From Octopus vulgaris (lineage: Eukaryota), in NCBI GenBank assembly GCA_951406725.2, contig OX597814.1, positions 141,918,001 through 141,982,000 of the forward strand: a stretch of 64,000 nucleotides of DNA. Direction: 5' to 3'. Below the pieces are notes generated by a model that saw nothing but the letters and a program-made list of their open reading frames with translations, did no database searches and had not been told where the DNA came from. This document shows, one piece after another, positions 52,202 through 63,953 of this stretch (positions are counted from its first letter, which is position 1; each line of letters starts with the position of its first letter). The position numbers were made by a program, and so were the translations under genes.

Positions 52202-53722
52202 CTAGCAGTATCGCCCGGCGTTGCTTGGGTTTGTAAGGGAAATAACTATATAAGCATTTTTAGTGAGTTATAGCAAAAAAATAGCAAAAAATGCATTAAA
52301 AATGGAATAAAAAAATGATGGTAATTTTTTTTAAATCGTAGACTCATCGTAGACATTTTTAGAGAGTTACTTCCCTTATATAATAGCGAAAAATGCATTA
52401 AAATGGAATAAAAAATGATGGTAAATTTTTTTTTAAATCGTAGACTCATCGTAGACATTTTTAGAGAGTTACTTCCCTTATATAATAGCGAAAAATGCAT
52501 TAAAATGGAATAAAAAATGATGGTAAATTTTTTTTTAAATCGTAGACTCATCGTAGATGCGCGCTAATACCCAGAAGGGCTCGATATGAATCACGACTAT
52601 AAGATATCCGGTTTTGGTTACACTGCACCGCAAAATGTGGGAGTAGTTAGGAATCTAAATCGTAGGAGACAGACACACAACCTTACTTTTATATATAAAG
52701 ATTTGTGCAACAACTAAAACATTCGGTTGTGCAAATTGTTTGCACAGGAAACCTGCCCTGTGTGGCGATTTTTGCCGTTTTTGTGGATCTGTTTCAGCTT
52801 TTTTAGCGATTTCTGTTTTGGCGACTTCAAGCCATGAAGTCGTTGTTCTAAAAGAACGCTGGTTTCCTTGACAACGCATTACGACGTTGATTTCCTTAAA
52901 CTCCCTTCCCCACAGCTTCATGAGGGAGGGAAGAAGGGGGAGAAGCAAACACAGGTGCAGGTGTTTGAGCGTGGATGCCAACTCCGCCGCCATCAACACA
53001 CGAAAAATTATGCATTAAAATGGAATAAAAAATGATGTTAAATTATTTTTAAAATCGTAGACTCATTGTAGATGCGCGCTAATAGCCAGACGGGCTCGAT
53101 ATTAATCACGACTATAAGATACCTGAATTTGGTTAAACTGCACCGCAAAATGTGGGAGTAGTTAGGAATCTAAATCGTAGGAGACAGACACTCACACAAC
53201 TACAGTTTTATATATATAGACTAGCAGTATCGCCCGGCGTTGCTCGGGTTTGTAAGGGAAATAACTATATAAGCATTTTTAGAGAGTTACTTCCCTTATA
53301 GATGCCAATTCGGGCTTTCTTAGCCATTTCTGTTTTGGTGTCTTCAAGCCATGAAGTCGTTGTTCTAAAAGAACGCTGGTCTCCTTGACAACGCATTACG
53401 ACGTTGATTTCTTTACACTCCCTTCCCCACAGCTTCACGAGGGAGGGAAGAAGGGGGAGAAGCAAACAGGTGCAGGTGTGAGTGTGGACGCCAACTCCGC
53501 CGCCATCGACACTCGAAAAAATATGCATTAAAATGGAATAAAAAATGATGTTAAATTATTTTTAAAATCGTAGACGCGCGTTAATACCCAGAGGGGCTCG
53601 ATATGAATCACGACTATAAGATACCCGAATTTGGTTAAACTGCACCGCAAAATGTGGGAGTAGTTAGGAATCTAAATCGAAGGGGACAGACACTCACACA
53701 ACTACAGTTTTATATATATAGA
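52202..53722 (-). mobile_element. Head-to-tail array of ~500-bp non-autonomous Helitron units (52202-52701, 52702-53220, 53221-53722)
   Basis: CTAGCAGTATCGCCCGGCGTTGCT.GGGT at 52202 and 53221; shared 5' ends (..TATATA.AGA) at 52701, 53220, 53722; A|..|T flanks; 102-bp internal tandem repeat at ~52255-52556. Confidence 0.88.
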
Positions 53723-53734
53723 TGAATAATATTG

Positions 53735-54437
53735 GGATCTTCACCTTTTGACCTACAGATTAAAAAATTATTTTTTTTAACCTATTGGGATCTGTAACTA
53801 AACACTTTCAAACTTCGGACACTGGTAGAATGTGTCATATAGAACAACTTTTACTCTTAGCATTTTTGAGAAAAACTTATATTTACAAAGTTATTTCACA
53901 TTAAAGTTGTAGTATTTCGGTAATTTCAACCTATCCATGATGTGTATTCAGCTGAATAAAATTACTGCCATTGTTTGTCAACAACAACTATCGGCGGTGT
54001 ATTTTTCGTTTGTTACAGTTATTTATGACATAGTTCATGCGTTTGTACTGGTTTTAAGGTTTTGGGGTTAGGGTTTTAGGGTTAGGATGTTAAGGTTAGA
54101 GTTAAGGTTTTAGGGTTAGGGTTTTAGGGTTAAGGTTAGGATTTTAGGGTTAGGGTTGTCATAAATAACAGTGACAAACGAAATATACACCACCGGAAGT
54201 TCTTGTTTACAAACAACAGCAATAATTTAAATGCAGCTGAATACACGTCATTGATTGGTTGAAATTACCGAAATACGAGAACTTTAATGTGAAATAACTT
54301 CGCAAATATAAGTTTTTCTCAAAAATGCTAAGAGTAAAAGATGTTTTATATGACACATTCTACCAGTGTCCGAAGTTTGAAAGTGTTTAATTACAAAAAA
54401 TTATTTTTAAAATCTGTAGGTCAAAAGGTAAAGATCC
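53735..54437. mobile_element. Foldback MITE with ~290-bp TIRs, telomere-like (TTAGGG) core and 8-bp TSD
   Basis: GGATCTTCACCTTTTGACCTAC / GTAGGTCAAAAGGTAAAGATCC ends; TAATATTG at 53727-34 and 54438-45; degenerate TTAGGG array ~54050-54157. Confidence 0.9.
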
Positions 54438-54464
54438 TAATATTGTTCTATAAAAAAAAGGTTC

Positions 54465-54628
54465 GGCGTAACTTCGGTATAGGTACCGGATACATTTCAA
54501 GAAAGTGTGTTTTTTTTTATATATATGGGGGGGTAGGGTTAGGGGTGTGAGAAAAGGGTTTCTGTTAGCTTTAGAAATGTAAGCAAAGCCACTTCCGGTG
54601 CTTATAGTACCTATACCGAAGGATCGCC
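54465..54628. mobile_element. 164-bp MITE with 8-bp TSD
   Basis: GGCG..CTTCGGTATAGGTAC / GTACCTATACCGAAG..CGCC TIRs; AAAGGTTC at 54457-64 and 54629-36; gggtagggttagggg core. Confidence 0.88.
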
Positions 54629-55204
54629 AAAGGTTCACTTCTTCAAATCGTTTTCTCAACTTCCTGTGTTTGGCGTCCTAACCAGTTATTTACACACACA
54701 GGTATGTATACTTCATTACAGTTATGACGATTTCTGATAAAAAAAATAAATAATAATAAATAATAGTAATTTCTAAAGGTACTTTCATGTCAGAAAAAAA
54801 AAAATCAAACGGAGATAGACGCTTTTTTCTCGATTAATTAAGTGAGGTACTGTATATTGTACATTGATATTCCAATACATATTTCAGATAGTTTTGGAAC
54901 AAGTTACCTTATTAAGACTTGATATTTCACATTTAAATCCCACGTATTTATTCTTGGCACAAATCGACTTCTTAACACATTCACTTAACTGTTTGGTCAA
55001 TGTCAACATAACACACACACATACACACGTATGTATACAACATTACAGTTGTGACAATTGCAGATAAAAATTAATTTCTAAAGTTACTTTCATTTTTTTA
55101 TATTCTTCTCCGGCTTTCTATTTGTGTAAGATATGAGTTTGTGTGTGTGTGAGAGAGAGAAAAAATATATTTCATGAGATTTCATTTAATTGATAAATTG
55201 TCAA

Positions 55205-56436
55205 CCTACCCCTACTACTTAGGATGATCATAACTTTTAGAAAAATGGATATTTCATAATAAAATTTCCTACGAATATGTGTTATATCATGTACATTCCG
55301 AATATACAAAATTGTATATTGGTGGGGAAAGTATTTTAGGAGGGCTGGGGGAGGATTTTCGGAAAATTCACCGAAGTCCACTTCAATTCGCTTAACTTTC
55401 AGGAAAATGGATAATTTTTAATGAAATTGTCTACAAATATACTTCGGACTATGTAGATTCCGAGCATGTAGGAATTTGGGGGGAAAAACAATTGGGGGTT
55501 ACTTTTGAGAATTGTTCCCCACTCGGAGGTGTTTCGGAACAAGTCGTCCATATTTGTTACATTTTCTGTGCTTTGTGCGTCCGTAGATTTCTACTTACGC
55601 AACAGGTAATAAAGGCAAATGAAGCCTTCACCAGAAAATTCATGCTAAAAATAGCAACTAAATGTCTGGTATACAGATATATGTTATTAAGACGATTTAC
55701 CTGTTGCATACGATTCTAATAGAAAGGCAGAAGACACCAGAATCAAAAATAAGGAATATGCACGCACAGTTAAATATAGAAGTGTAAAGCATAATTTGTT
55801 ACATAATCTCTATAATAAACATGATATTGAATGGAATAATTCTCCGTTTAAACTTTTTCATTATATATATGTGTGTGTGTGTGAGGACACTGAGAATAAG
55901 CATGCCATCCTTTTGTGCTTTTTTTTTTCCTACGGATTCTGACCTTCAACGAAGATTCTGAATATGCAAAAAAAAAATCTACTTTTAGATAACTTTTTAA
56001 TACATCCGTTCCTTAACTTTCCAATTTTTTTCCCGAAATTTTACTAGGGCTAAGGGCTATATACGGATGCACAAACGCACAAAACGGAGAAACTGAAACA
56101 AATATGGACGACCCCCCCCCACCACCAGTGGGGAACAGTTCGCAAAAGTAACATCCAATTGTTTTCCCCCAAAATCCTGTATGCTTGGAATCTACTTAGT
56201 CCGAGGTATATTTGTAGACAATTTCATTTTAAAATATCCATTTTCCTGAAAGTTATGACGAACTGAAGTGGACTCCGGTGAAATTTCCGAAAATCCTCCC
56301 TACCCCCTAAAACATTTCTCCCCCAAAATTATGTATATTCGGAATGTAAATGATATACTACATATTCATAGAAAATTTCATTAAAAAATATCCATTTTTC
56401 TGAAAATTATCGTCATCCAAAGTCGACGGGGTGGGG
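55205..56436. repeat. Diverged long inverted repeat (arms ~55205-55555 and ~56095-56436), probably a foldback DNA transposon
   Basis: e.g. gaggattttcggaaaattcaccgaagtccacttca vs tgaagtggactccggtgaaatttccgaaaatcctc; each arm has two internal subrepeats. Confidence 0.8.
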
Positions 56437-56447
56437 AGAAGAAATCC

Positions 56448-56808
56448 TGTGGTGAGATGGTACCAACTGTCAATGATCCCATAATGCATGTACTCCCAAT
56501 CATTGTACCAAACTTTAGCAACAGTCAATGGCTTTGTGAGTGAGCCGTCTTAGCTCCACGTAATGATGTCAACAAAATCAACTGTGATCTCTTGCAGCTG
56601 TTGCCTGGACAAGAACAGTCTTTCAAATCCCTCAACACTGTCAATGATCAGGACCAGGCTGTAGTTTTTTGAACTGGGTTCTTGAACTCTCTACAGCCAT
56701 CAGGGATGCTACCTCACCACTTAACACTTAAAAGGTGGGTCCCCAATCATGCTGCTCAGGAATCTGGATCCACCTCGTCTGTGCAATGGCACCAGACTGG
56801 TGGCAAAA
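56448..56808 (+). pseudogene. Helitron PIF1-like helicase fossil fragment
   Basis: WLCE*AVLAPRNDVNKINCDLLQLLPGQEQSFKS..FLNSLQPSGMLPHHLTLK/GSPIMLLRNLDPPRLCNGTRL with stops and one frameshift. Confidence 0.9.
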
Positions 56809-56958
56809 GTGGCCAATCAAATAAGTACTGAACTTTAAAGAATATAAGTTCTGGGGTTGATTTGTTTAACAAAAACCCTTCAGGGCAGAGCTCCAGCATG
56901 GCTGCAGTCAAAGGACTGAAACAAAAGAATAAAAAATACATACATGCATGCATGTGTG

Positions 56959-57471
56959 TCATCATTCAGTTTATTTCAAGATTTCTTGCCAATAGGGAAA
57001 GAACCAGTTTCTTACCTAGATCCAAGGTTCCTTCATTGAAATTTCAACATCAATGTATGTATGTGTGTGCAGATTTGTATGTTTTATGTGTATATTCTCA
57101 TGTATATAGTTACATATTTAAATGATAAACTTCTGGAAAGTTTTTACAAATTTTTACAGTTCTAGTGATGGACTGGATCTGTAGTCTTCAAATTAGCTTT
57201 TCTCCTTTCTGGTTTTGAGAAGCCTAATTTCTCAAGATTGGTATTTAGGCAGTGTGTTACATATCATAGGGCACCAATGATTACAGGTATAAACCTGAAC
57301 TTGTAATCTGGATAGAGTAACTGCAGATTTCTCAATAGTTCAGCATAGGTGTTCTCTTTTTCACTGATCTTCTGCTTTATGTTAACATCTGCTGGGCAGC
57401 TAATTTCCACAACTCTATCCCAAATCATTATATCAGGTCTGTTTGCTTATATTTTATTGAGGTCTTCACTA
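56959..57471 (-). mobile_element. Second R4/Dong-like 3' fragment (restriction-like endonuclease + 3'UTR)
   Basis: Minus strand NRPDIMIWDR..VVEISCPADVNIKQKISEKENTYAELLRNLQLLYPDYKFRFIPVIIGAL*YV. Confidence 0.85.
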
Positions 57472-58345
57472 ATGTATGTATGTATGTGTGCATCCATGCT
57501 TCATAAAATTTTGAAGACTACTTCACCTAATATGTTTTTATTAAGACAGTCTGTTCATCCCAGCCTTTCTTTATCAAGGACTGGTGAAGGAGCTTGAATC
57601 AGCAACTTGCAATCACCTGCAGTGCATTTTGGGTTGTTCCACCTCATCCCCAATAAATTTATAAATGAGAGGGCAAGTTGTCCTCTGGTGTGATGTGTTA
57701 TTGAGGGTGTATGCATGCTGTCTGTCTCTTCTTTCATCATAGTTTCTCTTCCACTTTGTGAACAAGGCAACACCACTAATACAAGTGCCGCGAAAAGTAC
57801 CAAGTAACTCCATTTTGTGTGAGTGGTTAATAAATCGAGTGGATCAGGGCTTGAGAGGACTCTCTAGCCTTGCTAGTAGCAAAGTGACCTGTGTAGAGAT
57901 GATGCCACAAAAAAAGTACACACTGTATACTCTGTAAAGTGGTTAGTGTTAGGAAGTATATCCAGCTGTAGAAACCATGTCCAAGCTGAGATATTGGAGC
58001 AAGACGTGCTTCTCTGACACGCTGGATCCTGTCAAACCATCCAATGTATGCCAGCAGGTAAAACGGTCGAAGAATGACGGCGGTAATCATAACTTTTTCT
58101 TCTATTTTTTTTAGTTATCTCCCCTTTACTATTTATATTTGCAAACTAATTGTGTTTATTATAACATATTAACGTTATATTAACCTTTAGGAACTACCAG
58201 AAATTGCAATATGAAATGGATTCGAAAGAATATCAATATCCAATCGTCAGTTACGCAGGTTAGCAAGGGCTTCATTTGGATCTTAGGCAGAAGGGATCTG
58301 TTCGAAAAATATATATTGCAGTCACCATTTCATGAGAGTCCCGAA

Positions 58346-58813
58346 GGCGAAATGTTTTCCCCACGAGAGTTCCAGACCCCATTTATAAACTCATTTGCAT
58401 ACAGTCAATCAGAGTTCAACTATCAAACTAATTTACGAGTGTATAACAAACGATGGGCAATAAGATAAGGTTACTTGGGTAAGGAATGACCATGCGTCTT
58501 TTCTCTTTTAATAATGCTTCTTGATTTTGATTTTGTTTCACCTTCTACCCACATTTTCCCCATCCACATCTTTACCATATGGGGCCCCAACAAAATCCGT
58601 TAATAGGTATAGATGCTAATCTGTCTAATTACCTGTCTCCTAAAATCAGGCATAACTTGGCGATCAGTCGATTTACAACACTGTTCTTCGTCTTAAGTTT
58701 ATTTGGTAGAGTGTGTTTGTTAACTTGACAATAAGGTCAAGGTGAGCTCTGATTGGCTGTATGCAAATGAGTTCATAACTGGGGTCCGGAACTCTCGTGG
58801 GAAAAAATTTCGC
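58346..58813. mobile_element. MITE with ~70-bp TIRs and probable 8-bp TSD
   Basis: ccccacgagagttccagacccc..actcatttgcatacagtcaatcagag vs ctctgattggctgtatgcaaatgagt..ggggtccggaactctcgtggg; flanks GTCCCGAA / GTCGCGAA. Confidence 0.75.
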
Positions 58814-60589
58814 GTCGCGAAAAGCACCTTAATGCGTGATGCATATACGATGTTCCACAAAATATTTTTCTACACACACAAACTTATGTAAATTTACATT
58901 TTTAAACAATGTGATGTTGTGTCGGTTTTTGCTGTTCTCGCAGTTGTTTATGACGCAAGTAAAGTGGAAAGACAGTTTTTACTGCATACAGGTTACTTTT
59001 ACTCAAACTTATTTCTGCGCAACGTAAGAAAAAAGAAATGTGAAAAAAAACTGTCGACTTTAGATCTATGGGACATAACTCTTTCTGCTTGATGTAAGGG
59101 GAGTAACTCTTAGTAGAACTACGTAACTGCAGTGAGAGGATGATAGGTAAAAGAGAGAGACTAGAATTCTGGCGCAATTAGTTAATTGGATTAATCGTTG
59201 GTTTTGCCATATTTGTGGCGGCTCATTGAGTCGGTCGGGGTTCAAATCGCACCGTTGTCGTTTTATCCCTTTGGAGTCGATGAAATAAAGTGCCAATTAT
59301 GGTTTGGTAGCTATTACTTCCGCCTCTTTTGTTTTCAATCACCTCTGATGGATTATACTGGAATGTGAAGACAGTCTAAACATGACGATACCGTTTTTTG
59401 CCTTTGTCACTGTATATCTGGGAGTACATGATTCCAATGTGTATTGCTCTTTCGGATACGATTGAATGTAATTTGAGAGATATTTGACTACTATTGCTTA
59501 CATGTCCAACAGCTCTCGATTTTAGAATTTCATTCGTACGTACGTGCGCACGCATTCGCACACACACATTGGTAGCCGCAAGTGAAAGGTATGTGTGTTT
59601 GTGTGTGTGGCGTGCTAACGTTTCTTATTTCTTTATTGCTCACCAGGGGCTAAACATAGAGGAGACAAACAATGACAGACAAAGGGATAAGTCGATTACA
59701 TTGACTCCAGTGCGTAACTGGTACTTAATTTATCAACCCTGAAATGATTAAAGGCAAAGTGGATCTCAGCGGAATTCGAACTCAAAAAGGAACGGCGGAC
59801 GAAATACCGCTAAGCATTCTCGCCCGGTGTGCTAACATTTCTGTCAGCTTGCCGCCTATATGCTGAATATATTGACTAGAATAGTGAAACTTGAACTCAT
59901 AACCATGCAATCAGCAGTCCAATACATTTACCTCAAAGCTATTTTGAAAATGATATAAAATATACACCCTTATTTAAACTTTTATATAAAGCAAAGAATC
60001 AGTACAGTTGCTAGGATATTATCATAATCGTCATCATCATCATTTAATGTCCATTGTCCATGCTGGCATGGGTTGGACAGTTTGATCAGAGCTGGCAAGT
60101 TGGAGAGCTGCACTAGACTCCAATCTGATTTGGCATGCTTTCTATGGCTGGATGCCCCTCCTAACACCAACCATTTTACAGAGCGTGCTGGGTGCTTTTA
60201 TCTGGCACTATATGGGCGTTTTTATGTGGCCCTTCATGGGCACTTTTATGTGACACTGTACAGTTGATTTTACATGGCACCACCGTGAGTGCTTTACACC
60301 ACCAGAGACCTGTCTTAACACTTCTGCTGCTGAGTATGGAACTGTTAAGACTAGTCCCTCTAGTGATGTGAAACATGAGATAAACTGTTGTAAGATAGTT
60401 AGTCTGGCCCTCTGCATCATGATCATTTAACATCCATGCTTGCATGAATCAGAATTTTTTGAGGCAGATACCCTTCGTGTAGCCAACCCTCACCTATTTC
60501 CCAGCAAGGTAATATTTTCCCATTGCTAGACATGTTTTCCATGAAAGACTAGAAATGAACAACCTCAGTTATATATGTATATTTATGTA

Positions 60590-60639
<50 letters not shown>

Positions 60640-60692
60640 TGTGTATATGTATATGTATATATATTGATCAATATAGTGACCACTCTCTTATA

Positions 60693-60724
<32 letters not shown>

Positions 60725-60737
60725 GGTGTGTGTATAT

Positions 60738-63573
60738 GATGATGGCAATCCCTCAAGGTCGAGGATGATGGTCTTTGCGCAAATTTACTGGTGAGTCCAT
60801 AGGTGACCGATAAGACCAATTCTTGCTTGAAAAGATCGGTCGCAGTGTGGACATTTAGTGCCAGAAGGGAGAGTCACATGTAGTTGTTGTTGGCGCTCCT
60901 TCCGTCATCGTCTTTTCTCCTCCAACTCTGCAGACCTTTTCGACTCGAAAGTCGCCGTTCCCTCATGGATGGTGGTTTTCCAGAGTGGTCTGTTTTTTGC
61001 CATTTCCTTCCAGTTAGTGAAGTCGATGTCACACTTTTTGAGGTTCGTTTTCAGGGAGTCCTTGTAGCGTTTCTTCTGGCCTCCTTTTGTACGCTTGCCG
61101 TCTTTAAGTTGGGAGTAGAAGATCTGTTTGGGAAGTCGTTTGTCAGTCATTCTAACCATGTGGCCGCTCCATCTTAGTTGGCCTTTGATGACATAGGCTT
61201 CGATGCTGGTCATTTTTGCTTCTTGTAGCATGCTGACGTTAGTTCTGTCTTCCCAGCTGATGTTAAGGATCTTCCGAAGACAGCGTTGGTGAAATTTCTC
61301 GAGCGTTTTCAGGTAGTGACTATACAGGGTCCAGTTTTCGGATGCGTAAAGGAGGGTTGGAATAATGACTGCCCTGTACACCATGAGTTTGGTTTCGGTT
61401 CGGATGTCCCGATCAGCAAAAACTCTTGTTCGAAGCTTGCCGAAAGCTGTTCCTGCACACTTCAGACGGTGTTGGATTTCATCGCTAATGTCTACCATTG
61501 CTGACAGATGGCTCCCAAGGTAGCAGAAATGGTTCACATTTTCCAGTGGAATTCCTTCGAGTTGAATCAATGGCGGGTTGTCAACACGGGCATTGGGAGG
61601 AGGTTGGTAGAGTAAGTGAGTCTCCTTGATGTTGATGCTCAGTCCAAGTTTAGTATATGCATGATGAAATGCATTTAGGATCTGTTGGAGGTGATCCACT
61701 CTGTAAGCTGCTACACTGTTGTCATCGGCATATTAGAACTCTAGCAAGCTTTGCGCCATTGTCTTTGACGTACTTTTGAGGTGAGCGAGGTTGAAAAGCT
61801 TGCCGTCCATTCTGTACGAGATCTCGATGCCAGGTGGAAGGTCATCTCGTATGATGTGCAACACTGTTGCGATAAAGATGGTAAAGAGAGTTGGCGCTAT
61901 CACGCAGCCTTGCTTCACTCTAGAGGTGACTTTAAAGGGCTCAGAACTGCCTCCGTTGGTCTGGACTCTGGCGTGAATATTGTCGTGGAGGAGTTTGAGG
62001 ACCAGGATGAACTTATCTGGGCATCCATACTGGGCAAGAATATCCCAGAGGAGCTCTCACGAGACATGATCAAAGTCTTTGGATAGGTCGATAAAGGCCA
62101 AATAGAGCGGTTGGTGTTGCTCACGACATTTTTCTTGTAGCTGTCGCAGCATGAAGATCATGTCGGTTGTGCTTCGTGATGGCCTAAAGCCGGTCTGCGT
62201 CTCAGGAAGGATCCTCTCTGACAGCGTTTTGAGGCGGCTGTTCAGGATGCATGCAAGAATCTTCCCAGCATTTGCTAATAAAGAAATACCCCAGTAATTT
62301 CCACACTCAGAACGATCGCCCTTTCGTTTGTAAATGGTAATGATGTTAGCATCCCTGAAGTCAGATGGTACAACTTCATTTGTCAAGATTTTGACCAAGA
62401 GTTGGTGGAGCTGGTGTTGGACAAAATCACCTCCTAGTTTGTAGATCCCAGCTGGGACTCCATCAGGACCCGCGGCTTTGTTGTTCTCCATTGCTGTGAT
62501 AGCAATTTTGACCTCTTCGAAGGATGGAATTCGAGCGAGAGAGTAATCTTTGGCCTCTTTAGGAAACATGTCAAGTATGCTTTTGTTGATGGTAGCCTTG
62601 TGATTGAGGAGGTCATCGAAGTGTTCTCTCCATCTGTCTCCTATTTCGGTATTGCTTTTCAGGATGGTCGCTCCGTCTTTACTCTTCAGAGGAGCCTGTC
62701 CATGTGTGGAAGGTCCGTATATTTCTTTCGTGGCTTTGAAGAACCCTCTGGTGTCGTTTACATCTGCTAGCTGTTGGATTTTACGAGATTTGTGTCTCCA
62801 CCACTGGTTCTTCAGGGTACGGGTTGTCCTTTGAACTGCGGCTTTGCACTTTTTGAAAGACTCTCGTTTAGTGACAGACTTTGGATCATTCTGTGAGCTG
62901 ATGAAAGCTTTCCGTTTTTGGTCGATCAGTTCTTTGAGAGCTTCATCATTGTCGTCGAACCAGTCCTGGTGTTTCGTTTTCTTGCGACCAATGGTTTCTT
63001 CGCAAGTGGTGATGATGGTTTCTTTCAGCTGGTTCCAATTTTCTTCGACGAGATGATTTGGAGTCTTATTTTGAAGATTGACCTGTAGGCACTGCTGGAA
63101 AGTGACATGAGTTTTTGGGTCTTGCAGTGCTTTGATGTTGAATTTCTTTACTCTGCTTTCCTTGCTGTGATATTTCACTTTTGGTCGGAGTTTGATTTTC
63201 ATGGTGGAGGCGACGATCTGTCCAGCACTCATCCGCTCTGGTGAGCAACACATCTTGCTGGTCTCGGGATCTCACGATGATATAGTCGATGAGATGCCAT
63301 TTTTTAGATCTTGGATGCTGCCATGAGACCTTATATCGATTCTTCTGGCGAAAAAGGGTGTTGGTTATCACCAGGTTATGTTCAGCACATTTGGTGAGTA
63401 GCAGAGTTCCATTGGCATTGACTTTTCCCACTCCTTCCTTTCCGATGGTTCCTGTCCAGAGTTCACGATCTCTCCCAACTCTAGCGTTGAAATCTCCCAG
63501 GAGAATGATCTTGTCGTCCTTTGGGACGATAGAGAGAATGCTATCAAGCTGACTGTAAAACTCTTCCTTGACT
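60738..63573 (-). mobile_element. RTE-clade LINE body (APE C-half, RT, C-terminal C2H2), inactivated by frameshifts/stops
   Basis: ILLGDFNARVG, WHLIDYIIV, KAAGPDG, GFRPSRSTTDMIF, LAFIDLSK, KQGCVIAPTLF, YADD (61721-32), QLRWSGH.VRM...RLPK, CPHC..HLWTH; short (CAT) tail. Confidence 0.96.
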
Positions 63574-63894
63574 AAATTCTCCAGACAGACCTGAAAGGCG
63601 AACTGCAATCATCGCCCGGGAACTCCATCGATTCAATTTTGACATCGTAGCTCTCAGTGAAACCCGGAGAGCCGGAGAAGGCCGGCTGAGAGAAGGCGGT
63701 CAATACACCTTTTTTTGGAAAGGTTACGATCCCGACCATCAACGAATCCATGGTGTGGGTTTTGCAATATGAAACACCATCCTATCCAAACTGACAGAGC
63801 AGCCCATCGGAATGTCCGCACGACTCATGACCTTCCGAATCCAGCTTGTCAAAAGTCAGCATGCAAGTATCATCAGCGCGTATGCTCCCACCCT
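63574..63894 (+). mobile_element. Inverted 5' segment of the same RTE LINE (APE N-half)
   Basis: + strand NSPDRPERRTAIIARELHRFNFDIVALSETRRAGEG..YTFFWKG..HGVGFAI*..RLMTFRI..IISAYAPTL. Confidence 0.92.
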
Positions 63895-63900
63895 TGTGTG

Positions 63901-63953
<53 letters not shown>

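Noticed and set aside
52246-52556. Repeated 34-aa ORF / possible CRISPR-like array
   Set aside because: Contiguous 102-bp tandem repeat inside a Helitron; no unique spacers; eukaryotic context
54050-54157. TTAGGG array as a true telomere or fusion scar
   Set aside because: Degenerate, single orientation, and enclosed by TIRs and a TSD, so it is transposon cargo
57540-57813. Short ORFs / exon-like unique sequence
   Set aside because: No sustained frame or recognisable protein similarity
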